Part shown: piece by piece, positions 19,776 to 29,415 of the stretch | Layout of the letters: every line of letters starts with the position of its first letter | Numbering within the stretch: the first letter of the stretch is position 1 | Source of the DNA: a virus | Taxonomy: Duplodnaviria > Heunggongvirae > Uroviricota > Caudoviricetes | Virus record (IMG/VR): IMGVR_UViG_2675903324_000015 | Location: 1-37,665 of that record | Reading direction: 5' to 3' (one strand) | DNA length: 37,665 bases | The notes under the pieces: model-generated | Databases searched by the model: none | Told to the model about the DNA's origin: nothing | The model's input: only the letters and a program-made list of their open reading frames with translations | Translations under genes and position numbers: made by a program

Positions 19776-19978
19776 TGAAAGTGCGTGCGCATCAGTATGA
19801 CACGGTGGACGCGCTTTGCTGGCGTCATTACGGGCGCACGCAGGGTGTCACGGAGCAGGTACTGAAGGCAAATCCGGGGCTTGCCGAATACGGCCCTTTT
19901 TTACCTCACGGGTTGCAGGTGGAGCTGCCGGACATACCGACAACCACCACCGTGCAGACCGTCCAGCTATGGGACTGA
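19775..19978 (+). CDS. X: Tail protein X (P2 gpX family), 67 aa
   Basis: Size identical to P2 gpX; position before the lysis genes. Confidence 0.65.
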   Translation: MKVRAHQYDTVDALCWRHYGRTQGVTEQVLKANPGLAEYGPFLPHGLQVELPDIPTTTTVQTVQLWD

Positions 19979-19981
19979 ATT

Positions 19982-20197
19982 ATGACGCTTGAGCGAATCA
20001 GCGCCTTTATCACGTATTGCATCGCCGTCGTGCTGGCCTGGCTGGGCGATTTGTCCATCAAGGATGCCTCAACGCTGGGCGGCCTGATGATTGGTGTGCT
20101 GATGCTGGCTATCAACTGGTACTACAAACACAAAGCCTACCAGCTTCTGCGCGACGGGCAGATCTCGCGGGAGGACTATGAATCCATCAATCGTTAA
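19982..20197 (+). CDS. Putative holin (71 aa, two hydrophobic helices)
   Basis: Hydrophobic segments ISAFITYCIAVVLAWL and LGGLMIGVLMLAINWYY, charged C-terminus, upstream of the endolysin. Confidence 0.6.
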   Translation: MTLERISAFITYCIAVVLAWLGDLSIKDASTLGGLMIGVLMLAINWYYKHKAYQLLRDGQISREDYESINR

Positions 20198-20693
20198 ACG
20201 CTGCCTTGTCGGGACCGTGCTGGCTATTACTGCCACGCTGCCGGGTTTTCAGCAGCTTCACACCTCCGTGGAGGGGCTGAAACTGATTGCTGATTACGAA
20301 GGCTGTCGTCTGCAGCCGTATCAGTGCAGCGCGGGTGTCTGGACCGACGGCATTGGTAATACATCGGGCGTCATCCCGGGCAAAACCATTACGGAACGAC
20401 AGGCAGCGGAAGGGCTGATCTCCAACGTGCTGCGTGTGGAGCGGGCGCTGGAAAGGTGTGTGAAGCAACAGCCGCCGCAGAAGGTGTATGACGCTGCGGT
20501 GTCGTTTGCCTTCAACGTGGGCACGGGCAATGCCTGCAGTTCCACGCTGGTGAAATTGCTCAATCAGCGGCGCTGGGCGGATGCGTGCCGACAGTTGCCG
20601 CGCTGGGTTTATGTGAAAGGTGTTTTTAATCAGGGGCTGGATAACCGCCGTGCGCGGGAGATGGCCTGGTGCCTTAAAGGAGCTGGACTATGA
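20178..20693 (+). CDS. K: Endolysin, T4-lysozyme-like (GH24), possible N-terminal SAR anchor
   Basis: Catalytic E...D...T pattern (ADYEGCRLQPYQCSAGVWTDGIGNT); hydrophobic Gly/Ala-rich N-terminus. Confidence 0.75.
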   Translation: MNPSIVKRCLVGTVLAITATLPGFQQLHTSVEGLKLIADYEGCRLQPYQCSAGVWTDGIGNTSGVIPGKTITERQAAEGLISNVLRVERALERCVKQQPPQKVYDAAVSFAFNVGTGNACSSTLVKLLNQRRWADACRQLPRWVYVKGVFNQGLDNRRAREMAWCLKGAGL

Positions 20694-21118
20694 CGCGTGC
20701 GCTGGCAGTAGTGGTGGCGCTGGCACTCGTTGCGCTGGGCTGGCAGTCGTGGCGGCTTAACAGCGCCAGCCACACCATCGAAACGCAGCGCGCGGCGCTG
20801 AAAAGTAAAGCGCAGGAACTGACGAAGAAAAACAGCCAGCTGATCGGTCTGTCCATTCTGACTGAAACCAATAACCGGGAGCAGGCGCGGCTCTATGCCG
20901 AAGCAGAACAGACCAGCGCACTGCTGAGACAACGACAACACCGGATCGAGGAACTGAAACGTGAGAACGAGGATTTACGCCGCTGGGCTGATACTCCTTT
21001 GCCTGCTGACATTACCCGGCTGCGGGAACGTCCGGCACTCACCGGAGGTACAGCTTACCGTCAGTGGTTGTCCGCGAGTGACGCCGTGTCGGCTGGCTCA
21101 GGCAACGCCGCGCACTAA
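20690..21118 (+). CDS. lysB: i-spanin (Rz/LysB-like)
   Basis: N-terminal TM helix, coiled-coil-like periplasmic region. Confidence 0.65.
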   Translation: MTRALAVVVALALVALGWQSWRLNSASHTIETQRAALKSKAQELTKKNSQLIGLSILTETNNREQARLYAEAEQTSALLRQRQHRIEELKRENEDLRRWADTPLPADITRLRERPALTGGTAYRQWLSASDAVSAGSGNAAH

Positions 21119-21251
21119 CGGTGATCTGAACGCGTTGCTGGATGAAACGGAGGCCGCCTGGGCGGTCTGTGCAGACAAAGTGGACATGATTATTGCGTGT
21201 CAGGAGCGAAACAGTGAACAAACCACAATCCCTGCGCCACGCCCTCAGTAA
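20961..21251 (+). CDS. lysC: o-spanin (Rz1/LysC-like lipoprotein) in an alternate frame overlapping lysB
   Basis: Signal peptide with lipobox-like LTLPGC, Pro-rich mature region. Confidence 0.5.
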   Translation: MRTRIYAAGLILLCLLTLPGCGNVRHSPEVQLTVSGCPRVTPCRLAQATPRTNGDLNALLDETEAAWAVCADKVDMIIACQERNSEQTTIPAPRPQ

Positions 21252-21645
21252 AGCGGTGCCTTATGTCCGCAATAACCCGGACAAACTGCATCTGTTTGTG
21301 GATAACGGTTCGCTGGTTGCCACGGGGGCCAGCTCCATGTCGTGGGAGTACCGTTACACTCTGAACGCGGTGATTGAGGATTTCAGCGGCGACCAGAATC
21401 TGCTGATGGCCCCGGTTTTGCTGTGGCTGCGGGATAACCAGCCCGATGCCATCAATAACCCGGCGTTACGGGAAAAACTATTTACCTTTGAGGTGGATAT
21501 TCTGCGTAACGATGTCTGTGATATCAGCCTTAACCTGCAACTGACGGAACGTGTGCTGGTCAGCACTGACGGCAGTGTGTCGAGCGTTGAAGCTGTAGCA
21601 GAACCCGATGAACCTGAAGAAATGTGGACGGTGAAACGTGGCTGA
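21193..21645 (+). CDS. R: Tail completion protein R (P2 gpR family)
   Basis: Position and size (150 aa). Confidence 0.65.
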   Translation: MRVRSETVNKPQSLRHALSKAVPYVRNNPDKLHLFVDNGSLVATGASSMSWEYRYTLNAVIEDFSGDQNLLMAPVLLWLRDNQPDAINNPALREKLFTFEVDILRNDVCDISLNLQLTERVLVSTDGSVSSVEAVAEPDEPEEMWTVKRG

Positions 21646-22090
21646 ACTGCAGAAGGTGGACGACTGGCTTAGTGCCTTACTGGCGAATCTGGAACCAGTC
21701 GCAAGAAGCCGCATGATGCGCCAGCTGGCGCAGGAACTGCGCCGGACACAGCAGCAGAATATCAGGATGCAGCGCAATCCAGATGGCAGCAGTTATGAAC
21801 CTCGACGGGTAACAGCACGCAGTAAAAAGGGGCGCATCAAACGTCAGATGTTTGCAAAGCTGCGCACCACAAAATACCTGAAAACTGCCGCCAGCGCCGA
21901 CTCTGCCAGCGTACAGTTTGAAGGTAAGGTGCAGCGTATTGCCCGTGTTCACCATTACGGTCTGCGCGATCGCGTCAGTAGCAAAGGACCTGAGGTCCGC
22001 TATGCAGAGCGCAAATTATTGGGTTTTAGTTCTGTATCAGTAAATGTAGTCAATGACATTATATATTCATGGATTACTAATTTAGATTAA
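21638..22090 (+). CDS. S: Tail completion protein S (P2 gpS family); last ~25 codons are AT-rich
   Basis: Position and size; composition shifts abruptly near 22013. Confidence 0.65.
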   Translation: MAELQKVDDWLSALLANLEPVARSRMMRQLAQELRRTQQQNIRMQRNPDGSSYEPRRVTARSKKGRIKRQMFAKLRTTKYLKTAASADSASVQFEGKVQRIARVHHYGLRDRVSSKGPEVRYAERKLLGFSSVSVNVVNDIIYSWITNLD

Positions 22091-22126
22091 ATACGTTAAA
22101 TGGCAGAAGTCTGCCATTTCTTCAAC

Positions 22127-22879
22127 TTAAATGCTGAGGTTGTTTTTACACAATAGAATGAAGTCGCAGTACATCTTATGGATTTTAGTTCCCCATTTGT
22201 TAGCTTTTTTTATGGTTTCAGATGTCTCAGGGCTTAAATCCCACGAGGCTCTCTCTCTGTCGGTAAGTATAGACATGAATTCGCTACAGTTTAAATATCC
22301 AGAGTGACAGGATAAAAAATAGTTAAATTTAGTTATTTCTTTGAGTAATTCAATTGATTTGTTTTCTATGTCATCATCATGAAAATGATGATTGGCCTTT
22401 CCCCATTCATAGCAATACGTACTCATGTCTTTAAGGTTGGAGTTATGAAAAGTATTACCAAAGTCATGGGTTTTCAGAAATTCTATTGATTTCGAATCAG
22501 GTGGTAATAATTTTATAAACTCATTATATAACTTAACGTCAGAGTCTCTTTTTCTCTCCGATGCTTCTCTGTTTTCTTTGTCTTTAATAATTTCAAAGTA
22601 CCACTCAGGTGCTTTGCTTAATAAGTTGTAGATTAATCCAAAAGCAATTAAAGTGATGGCCACTACTGTGCTTGGGTTGCCGTTTTCTATGTTTATTATA
22701 TCAATATCTGTATTGAATTTTTTATTATAAATATCAATTAAAAAATTAAGAGCCATTAGATAGTATGGAATTGGTAGTGCGATTATACCTATTCCAGTTA
22801 TAACTAAGAGCCAAGTTATTTTATTACTAAACTCAGGAAATATCACATTGATTATTTTTTTTGCAATCTGTTTTTTCAT
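22127..22879 (-). CDS. Hypothetical membrane protein (250 aa, two N-terminal TM helices plus soluble domain); reverse-strand moron between S and V
   Basis: Very AT-rich; TM segments ITWLLVITGIGIIALPIPYYLMALNFLI and VVAITLIAFGLIYNLL; opposite strand to all flanking late genes. Confidence 0.6.
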   Translation of the reverse strand: MKKQIAKKIINVIFPEFSNKITWLLVITGIGIIALPIPYYLMALNFLIDIYNKKFNTDIDIINIENGNPSTVVAITLIAFGLIYNLLSKAPEWYFEIIKDKENREASERKRDSDVKLYNEFIKLLPPDSKSIEFLKTHDFGNTFHNSNLKDMSTYCYEWGKANHHFHDDDIENKSIELLKEITKFNYFLSCHSGYLNCSEFMSILTDRERASWDLSPETSETIKKANKWGTKIHKMYCDFILLCKNNLSI

Positions 22880-22907
22880 TATGTAACCCTCTGAAAAGTA
22901 TCCTTAT

Positions 22908-22925
22908 TGTGCCATGTTTCGTACA
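22908..22925. promoter_or_regulatory. Late-promoter activator site TGT-N12-ACA upstream of V
   Basis: TGTGCCATGTTTCGTACA about 50 bp upstream of the V start. Confidence 0.5.
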
Positions 22926-22971
22926 TCATTATCTACTGGTAGATGATGCGAATGACACTTAAGTTAATGAC

Positions 22972-23550
22972 ATGAATGCACAACTGACCGAAATCATGCG
23001 CCTTATCACCAACCTGATCCGCACAGGTGTAGTCACCGAAGTGGATCGGAAGAAATGGCTGTGCCGGGTGAAGGTAGGCGAGCTTGAAACCAACTGGATT
23101 AACTGGCTGACGCTGCGCGCCGGTGGTGCCCGTACATGGTGGTGTCCGTCGCCGGATGAGCAGGTGGTGGTGCTGAGCATGGGCGGCAATCTGGAAACCG
23201 CTTTTGTGCTGCCCGCCATCTATTCCAATCAGTTTCCACCGCCCTCGGATTCTGTGGACGGCAGTGTGACGGAGTACTTGGACGGGGGCTGGTTTGAGTA
23301 TGAACCCGCCACCGGACGCTGGCATGTCAGGGGCATCAAATCCGTGGTAATCGAGGCAGCAGACAGCGTCACCTACAAAACCAGTGAGTTTGTGGTGGAA
23401 GCAGACAGAACGCGTATTAACAGCGACATGGTGATCAATGGCAGCGTCAGCCAGGAGGGTGGCGCAATGAGTTCTAACGGGATCGTGGTTGATGCGCATC
23501 AGCATACTGGCGTCCTGAAAGGCGGCGACACAACCGGAGGCCCGGTATGA
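22972..23550 (+). CDS. V: Baseplate spike/assembly protein V
   Basis: Position and size; P2 gene order. Confidence 0.75.
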   Translation: MNAQLTEIMRLITNLIRTGVVTEVDRKKWLCRVKVGELETNWINWLTLRAGGARTWWCPSPDEQVVVLSMGGNLETAFVLPAIYSNQFPPPSDSVDGSVTEYLDGGWFEYEPATGRWHVRGIKSVVIEAADSVTYKTSEFVVEADRTRINSDMVINGSVSQEGGAMSSNGIVVDAHQHTGVLKGGDTTGGPV

Positions 23551-23906
23551 CGCTTTATAGCGGGATGAACAATACCAACGGTAAAGCCATTACTGATATT
23601 GACCATCTGCGCCAGTCGGTGCGGGACATTCTGCTGACGCCGCAGGGTAGCCGCATTGCCCGTCGGGAATATGGTTCCCTGCTGTCGGCACTGATAGATC
23701 AGCCACAAAATCCGGCGTTACGCCTGCAGGTTATGTCGGCTGTGTATGTGGCACTGAGTCGCTGGGAGCCACGGCTGACGCTGGATTCCATCACTATTAA
23801 CAGCAATTTTGACGGTTCAATAGTGGTGGAGCTGACCGGGCGGCGGAATAACGGTGTGCCTGTGTCCCTTTCAGTATCAACAGGAGCAGAGAATGGCAGT
23901 GATTGA
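23547..23906 (+). CDS. W: Baseplate wedge protein W
   Basis: 119 aa; overlapping start/stop. Confidence 0.7.
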   Translation: MTLYSGMNNTNGKAITDIDHLRQSVRDILLTPQGSRIARREYGSLLSALIDQPQNPALRLQVMSAVYVALSRWEPRLTLDSITINSNFDGSIVVELTGRRNNGVPVSLSVSTGAENGSD

Positions 23907-24801
23907 CCTTTCGCAGTTGCCTGCGCCGCAGATTGTGGATGTGCCGGACTTTGAGACGCTGCTTGCCGAACGCAAGGCCGGATTTGTTGCGCTTCATCCG
24001 AAAGATGAGCAGGAAGCAGTGATCCGCACGCTGGAACTGGAATCTGAACCCGTCACCAAATTGCTGCAGGAGAACGCTTACCGTGAGTTGCTTCTGCGCC
24101 AGCGCATTAACGAAGCCGCGCAGGCTGTGATGGTGGCTTACGCGATGGGCAGCGATCTTGACCAGCTCGCTGCCAACTACAACGTGAAACGCCTGACGGT
24201 GACGCCTGCTGATAATGACGCTGTGCCGCCCGTTGCAGCTGTGATGGAAAGCGATGAAGCGTTACGCCTGCGTGTGCCTGCAGCCTTTGAAGGGCTTTCA
24301 GTTGCGGGGCCAACTGCAGCTTATGAATTTCATGCCCGAAGCGCCGACGGTCGGGTGGCGGATGCCAGTGCAACCAGCCCGGCACCTGCAGAGGTGGTGC
24401 TGACTGTCCTTAGCCGCGAAGGCGACGGAACTGCAGAAAAAGACCTGCTGGACGTGGTGGAAAAAGCTCTGAACAGTGAGAACGTCCGCCCGGTGGCTGA
24501 CCGTCTTACGGTTCGCAGCGCAGAAATCATCCCGTATCGCGTGGAAGCCACCATTTTTCTCTATCCTGGACCGGAAGCAGAGCCGGTAATGGCAGCGGCA
24601 AAAGCCAGCCTGCAGAAGTACATCGCCAGTCAGACGCGTCTTGGTCGGGATATTCGCCGTAGCGCCATCTTTGCCGCCCTGCATGTTGAGGGTGTGCAGC
24701 GTGTGGAGCTGGCTTCTCCTCTGGAGGATGTGGTCCTGAACAAAACACAGGCGGCATCATGTACGCAGTGGAGCGTAACCAACGGAGGAACGGATGAATA
24801 G
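23893..24801 (+). CDS. J: Baseplate protein J
   Basis: CAGGAG RBS then ATG; 302 aa. Confidence 0.75.
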   Translation: MAVIDLSQLPAPQIVDVPDFETLLAERKAGFVALHPKDEQEAVIRTLELESEPVTKLLQENAYRELLLRQRINEAAQAVMVAYAMGSDLDQLAANYNVKRLTVTPADNDAVPPVAAVMESDEALRLRVPAAFEGLSVAGPTAAYEFHARSADGRVADASATSPAPAEVVLTVLSREGDGTAEKDLLDVVEKALNSENVRPVADRLTVRSAEIIPYRVEATIFLYPGPEAEPVMAAAKASLQKYIASQTRLGRDIRRSAIFAALHVEGVQRVELASPLEDVVLNKTQAASCTQWSVTNGGTDE

Positions 24802-25399
24802 TCTGCTGCCACCGGGTTCAACACCACTGGAGCGCCGACTGGCGCAAACCTGCAGCGGGATTTCTGATCTGCAGGTGCCGCTTCGTGACTTGTGGAATCC
24901 GGCAACCTGTCCGGTCAGTTTCCTGCCTTATCTCGCCTGGGCGTTCTCTGTAGATCGCTGGGACGAGGGCTGGACAGAAAGCGTCAAGCGCCAGGTGGTG
25001 AAGGATGCTTTTTATATTCATCAGCATAAAGGGACCACCAGTGCCGTGCGGCGGGTGGTGGAGCCGTTCGGCTTTCTGATCCGCATTATTGAGTGGTGGC
25101 AGACCGGAGAGGCACCGGGCACGTTTCGCCTGGATATCGGCGTGCAGGACCAGGGTATCACTGAAGATACCTATCTGGAACTTGAGCGACTGATAAGCGA
25201 TGCCAAACCATGTAGCCGCCACATGATCGGCATGTCCATCAATCTGCAGACCAGCGGCCCGCATTGGGTGGGAGCCGCCAGCTATCTTGGCGAAGAAATC
25301 ACGATCTATCCGTATATCAACGAAACGATTATTTCCGGTGGCACCGCGCATGAAGGCGGGGCGGTCCATGTTATTGACACAATGAGAGTGAATCCATGA
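24794..25399 (+). CDS. I: Baseplate/tail protein I
   Basis: Position and overlap pattern. Confidence 0.65.
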   Translation: MNSLLPPGSTPLERRLAQTCSGISDLQVPLRDLWNPATCPVSFLPYLAWAFSVDRWDEGWTESVKRQVVKDAFYIHQHKGTTSAVRRVVEPFGFLIRIIEWWQTGEAPGTFRLDIGVQDQGITEDTYLELERLISDAKPCSRHMIGMSINLQTSGPHWVGAASYLGEEITIYPYINETIISGGTAHEGGAVHVIDTMRVNP

Positions 25400-27144
25400 G
25401 CACAAAATTTTATACCCTGCTGACGGATATTGGCGCGGCGAAACTTGCCAGCGCCGCCGCGCTCGGTGTGCCGCTAAAAATTACCCATATGGCGGTGGGC
25501 GATGGCGGCGGAGTATTGCCAACGCCGGACGCAAAGCAGACGGCACTGGTAAATGAGAAACGCCGGGCTGCGCTGAATATGCTTTATATCGATCCGCAGA
25601 ACAGCAGCCAGATTATTGCTGAACAGGTGATCCCTGAAAACGAGGGCGGTTGGTGGATACGTGAAGTGGGCTTGTTTGATGAGTCCGGGGCATTGATTGC
25701 CGTGGGTAACTGCCCGGAAAGCTATAAGCCGCAACTGGCTGAAGGCAGTGGGCGTACCCAGACCGTGCGCATGGTGCTGATTACCAGCAGTACGGACAAT
25801 ATCATCCTGAAAATCGACCCTGCTGTAGTGCTGGCAACCCGCAAGTATGTGGATGACAAAATATCAGAGCACGAACAGTCACGACGTCACCCGGACGCCT
25901 CGCTGACCGCAAAAGGTTTTACTCAGTTAAGCAGTGCGACCAACAGTGAATCCGAAATACTGGCCGCAACACCGAAGGCTGTGAAGGCTGCATATGATCT
26001 TGCAGCAGGTAAAGCATCCGCCAGTCACACACACCCGTGGAATCAGATAACAGGTGTACCTGCAGCCTCGCTGACGGTAAAAGGCACCGTGCAACTCAGC
26101 AGCGCCACTAACAGCACATCAGAAACGCAGGCTGCCACTCCAAAGGCAGTGAAGGCTGTATATGACCTTGCAGCAGGTAAGGCACCTGTCAGTCACACAC
26201 ACCCGTGGAATCAGATAACGGATGTGCCTGCAGCTTCACTGACGGTAAAAGGCACCGTGCAACTCAGCAGCGCCACTAACAAGTCAGAAACGCAGGCTGC
26301 CACACCAAAAGCTGTGAAGGCTGTATATGACCTTGCCAATGGAAAACAACCTGCCGACGCCACACTGACCGCACTGGCAGGCCTTGCCACTGCGGCAGAC
26401 AAACTACCGTATTTTACGGGGAATGATACAGCCAGCCTGACAACCCTGACTAATGTTGGACGGGATATTCTGGCTAAAACAAGCAAACAGGAGGTTATTC
26501 GTTATCTTGGTTTGGGAGATACAAGCGGATACGTGGGACGCCGGCTGAGTACCCGGGCTTTCGCGTCATCAGGTACGTATACCCCATCACCAGAAACAAA
26601 ACGGATCAGGGTCACAATAACGGGCGGCGGTGGCGGAGGGGGCGGCTGCAAGGCTACATCCAATAATGAAACGTTTTTCGGTGCTGGCGGTGGGGCCGGT
26701 GGAACAATAATTTCAATAATGACCCCGACACAGAATAGTTATCCAGTCACTATCGGCGCAGGTGGGGCCGGTGGTGTTAGTGCAACGAACGGCACCAGGG
26801 GCGGGAATAGCGTATTCGCATCGTTAATTGCTCCTGGTGGCGAAGGTGGCGGGAAAGTGGGTGTTACAAACACAAACGGCGGTAACGGAGGTGTGCCGAG
26901 TACTGGCGATATCCGCATCACTGGTGGAGATGGAGGCGACGGTCAGTCCGGAAATATCGGCGTCAGCGGTGAAGGCGGAACATCGTACTGGGGTGGCGGT
27001 GGACGCGCAGGCGCTGGCGGTGGCGTTAGAGGCAGGGCATTTGGTTCAGGCGGAGGTGGTGCATACGATGCAGGTTATAGCGGAACCAGTATGACGGGCG
27101 GGAAAGGTGCTGATGGGGTTTGTATTATCGAGGAGTTTGCATAA
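25396..27144 (+). CDS. H: Tail fibre protein H with internal tandem repeats and a glycine-rich C-terminal domain
   Basis: 582 aa; about 2.5 copies of a ~56-aa repeat; C-terminal 180 aa dominated by Gly runs. Confidence 0.8.
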   Translation: MSTKFYTLLTDIGAAKLASAAALGVPLKITHMAVGDGGGVLPTPDAKQTALVNEKRRAALNMLYIDPQNSSQIIAEQVIPENEGGWWIREVGLFDESGALIAVGNCPESYKPQLAEGSGRTQTVRMVLITSSTDNIILKIDPAVVLATRKYVDDKISEHEQSRRHPDASLTAKGFTQLSSATNSESEILAATPKAVKAAYDLAAGKASASHTHPWNQITGVPAASLTVKGTVQLSSATNSTSETQAATPKAVKAVYDLAAGKAPVSHTHPWNQITDVPAASLTVKGTVQLSSATNKSETQAATPKAVKAVYDLANGKQPADATLTALAGLATAADKLPYFTGNDTASLTTLTNVGRDILAKTSKQEVIRYLGLGDTSGYVGRRLSTRAFASSGTYTPSPETKRIRVTITGGGGGGGGCKATSNNETFFGAGGGAGGTIISIMTPTQNSYPVTIGAGGAGGVSATNGTRGGNSVFASLIAPGGEGGGKVGVTNTNGGNGGVPSTGDIRITGGDGGDGQSGNIGVSGEGGTSYWGGGGRAGAGGGVRGRAFGSGGGGAYDAGYSGTSMTGGKGADGVCIIEEFA

Positions 27145-27557
27145 TGAATGCGTCATATGCAGTTATTGAAAATGGGATGGTTGTGAATGTCATTGTCTGG
27201 GATGGCGAGGATGAATTCACTGTGCCGGATAATCTGCAGCTCATTAATATTTCTGATATCAGTGAGCAGCCCGGAATCGGCTGGGCGTATTCAGACGGGG
27301 TATTTACTGCACCACCCACTCCGGAACGTTCTCATGATGAACTGGTAGCTGACGCTGAACAGAAAAAACAGTCGTTGATAGACGCAGCAATGGTCAATAT
27401 CAGCGTGATTCAGTTAAAGCTGCAGGCCGGGCGCAAACTGACGCAAGAGGAAACTACCCGACTTAACGTTGTGCTGGATTATATCGAGGCTGTGACGGCA
27501 ACAGATACCAGCACCGCACCTGATATTATTTGGCCTGTTTTCCCTGCAAGCAGATAA
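27144..27557 (+). CDS. G: Tail fibre assembly chaperone G
   Basis: ATG at 27144 overlapping the H stop; 137 aa. Confidence 0.65.
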   Translation: MNASYAVIENGMVVNVIVWDGEDEFTVPDNLQLINISDISEQPGIGWAYSDGVFTAPPTPERSHDELVADAEQKKQSLIDAAMVNISVIQLKLQAGRKLTQEETTRLNVVLDYIEAVTATDTSTAPDIIWPVFPASR

Positions 27558-27569
27558 ATACCGTCATTT

Positions 27570-27587
27570 TGTGTGAATAACGGTACA
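27570..27587. promoter_or_regulatory. Late-promoter activator site TGT-N12-ACA upstream of FI
   Basis: TGTGTGAATAACGGTACA about 75 bp upstream of the FI start. Confidence 0.5.
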
Positions 27588-27663
27588 ACTGCGCTTAGCT
27601 GCTTGTCAGACACAATCACTTCAACATAGGGCGAAGCCTAATCCAATCAGGAGGTTCGCCACT

Positions 27664-28836
27664 ATGGCTCAGGATTACCACCACGGAGTGCGCGTTGTTG
27701 AAGTCAACGAAGGCACTCGATCCATTACCACGGTGAGCACCGCCATCGTGGGCATGGTCTGCACGGGCGATGATGCCGATGCAAAAATGTTCCCTCTTAA
27801 TAAACCCGTGCTAATCACTGATGTGCTTACTGCCAGCGGTAAGGCGGGTGAATCCGGTACGCTGGCCCGCTCGCTGGATGCCATCGCTGACCAGGCAAAA
27901 CCCGTGACCGTTGTTGTGCGTGTGCCGCAGGGTGAAACGGAAGAAGAAACCACGACCAATATCATCGGCGCAGTGACTGCTGAAGGTAAAAAAACTGGTA
28001 TGAAAGCCCTGTTATCTGCCCAGTCACAGCTCGGTGTTAAACCGCGCATCCTCGGCGTGCCGGGGCACGATAATAAAGCCGTTGCTACTGAGTTGCTGGG
28101 CGTGGCGCAAAGCCTGCGTGGGTTTGCTTACCTGTCAGCGTATGGCTGCAAGACGGTGCAGGAGGCGATCACTTACCGTGAAAACTTCAGTCAGCGTGAA
28201 GGGATGCTGATTTGGCCTGACTTTACTGGTTGGGACACGGTGCTGAATGCCGACGCAACGGCATATGCCACCGCCCGTGCGCTTGGTCTGCGTGCCAAAA
28301 TTGATGAGCAGACAGGGTGGCACAAAAGCCTGTCCAACGTGGGCGTGAACGGTGTCACCGGAATTTCTGCTGATGTGTTCTGGGATCTGCAGGACCCGGC
28401 AACTGATGCGGGACTGCTTAACCAGAACGATGTTACCACACTTATCCGCAAAGACGGCTTTCGCTTCTGGGGTTCCCGCTGTCTGAGTGATGACCCACTC
28501 TTTGCCTTCGAAAACTACACCCGCACGGCGCAGGTGCTGATGGACACGATGGCAGAAGCGCCAATGTGGGCTGTCGACAAACCGCTGAATCCGTCGCTGG
28601 CCCGCGACATTATCGAAGGTATCCGCGCCAAAATGCGCAGCCTGATCAGTCAGGGCTATCTCATTGGTGGCGATTGCTGGCTGGATGAGTCGGTGAACGA
28701 CAAAGACACTCTGAAAGCTGGAAAACTCACCATCGACTACGACTACACACCAGTGCCGCCACTTGAAAACCTGATGCTGCGTCAGCGCATCACCGATCAG
28801 TACCTGGTGAATTTCTCCAGCCAGGTCAGCGCGTAA
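27664..28836 (+). CDS. FI: Contractile tail sheath protein FI
   Basis: 390 aa, position. Confidence 0.8.
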   Translation: MAQDYHHGVRVVEVNEGTRSITTVSTAIVGMVCTGDDADAKMFPLNKPVLITDVLTASGKAGESGTLARSLDAIADQAKPVTVVVRVPQGETEEETTTNIIGAVTAEGKKTGMKALLSAQSQLGVKPRILGVPGHDNKAVATELLGVAQSLRGFAYLSAYGCKTVQEAITYRENFSQREGMLIWPDFTGWDTVLNADATAYATARALGLRAKIDEQTGWHKSLSNVGVNGVTGISADVFWDLQDPATDAGLLNQNDVTTLIRKDGFRFWGSRCLSDDPLFAFENYTRTAQVLMDTMAEAPMWAVDKPLNPSLARDIIEGIRAKMRSLISQGYLIGGDCWLDESVNDKDTLKAGKLTIDYDYTPVPPLENLMLRQRITDQYLVNFSSQVSA

Positions 28837-28845
28837 GGGGACAAC

Positions 28846-29361
28846 ATGGCTTTACCACGCAAATTAAAACACCTGAACCTGTTTAATGACGGGAACAACT
28901 GGCAGGGGATCGTTGAGTCGCTGACGCTGCCGAAATTCACCCGCAAATATGAGAAGTATCGCGGCGGCGGAATGCCGGGTGCAGTGGATGTTGATCTGGG
29001 GCTGGATGACGGCGCACTGGATACGGAATTTTCCATTGGTGGTACTGAACTGCTGCTGTTTAAGCAGATGGGCAAAGCCACGGTGGATGGTATCCAGTTG
29101 CGCTTTACCGGCTCTATCCAGCGTGACGATACCGGGGAAGTGCAGGCCGTGGAGCTTGTGGTGCGCGGACGTCACAAAGAAGTGGATTCCGGTGAGTGGA
29201 AGACGGGCGAAAGCAACACCACCAAAGTGACCAGTACCAACAGCTACGCGAAGCTGACTATCAATGGTGAGGTGCTCTATGAAGTGGACCTTATCAACAT
29301 GGTGGAAATTGTGGACGGTGTGGACCTGATGGAAGCGCACCGCAACGCCCTCGGCCTCTGA
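28846..29361 (+). CDS. FII: Tail tube protein FII
   Basis: 171 aa, follows the sheath gene. Confidence 0.8.
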   Translation: MALPRKLKHLNLFNDGNNWQGIVESLTLPKFTRKYEKYRGGGMPGAVDVDLGLDDGALDTEFSIGGTELLLFKQMGKATVDGIQLRFTGSIQRDDTGEVQAVELVVRGRHKEVDSGEWKTGESNTTKVTSTNSYAKLTINGEVLYEVDLINMVEIVDGVDLMEAHRNALGL

Positions 29362-29415
29362 TGTATCTGAACGGCGCGGGATTCCGCGCCAGAACCCAAT
29401 TTACAGGACAACAAA

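Noticed and set aside
26600-27100. Repetitive GGC/GGT-rich DNA that could be mistaken for a CRISPR or simple-sequence repeat array
   Set aside because: It is in frame within tail-fibre gene H and encodes a glycine-rich domain; no spacer/repeat periodicity.
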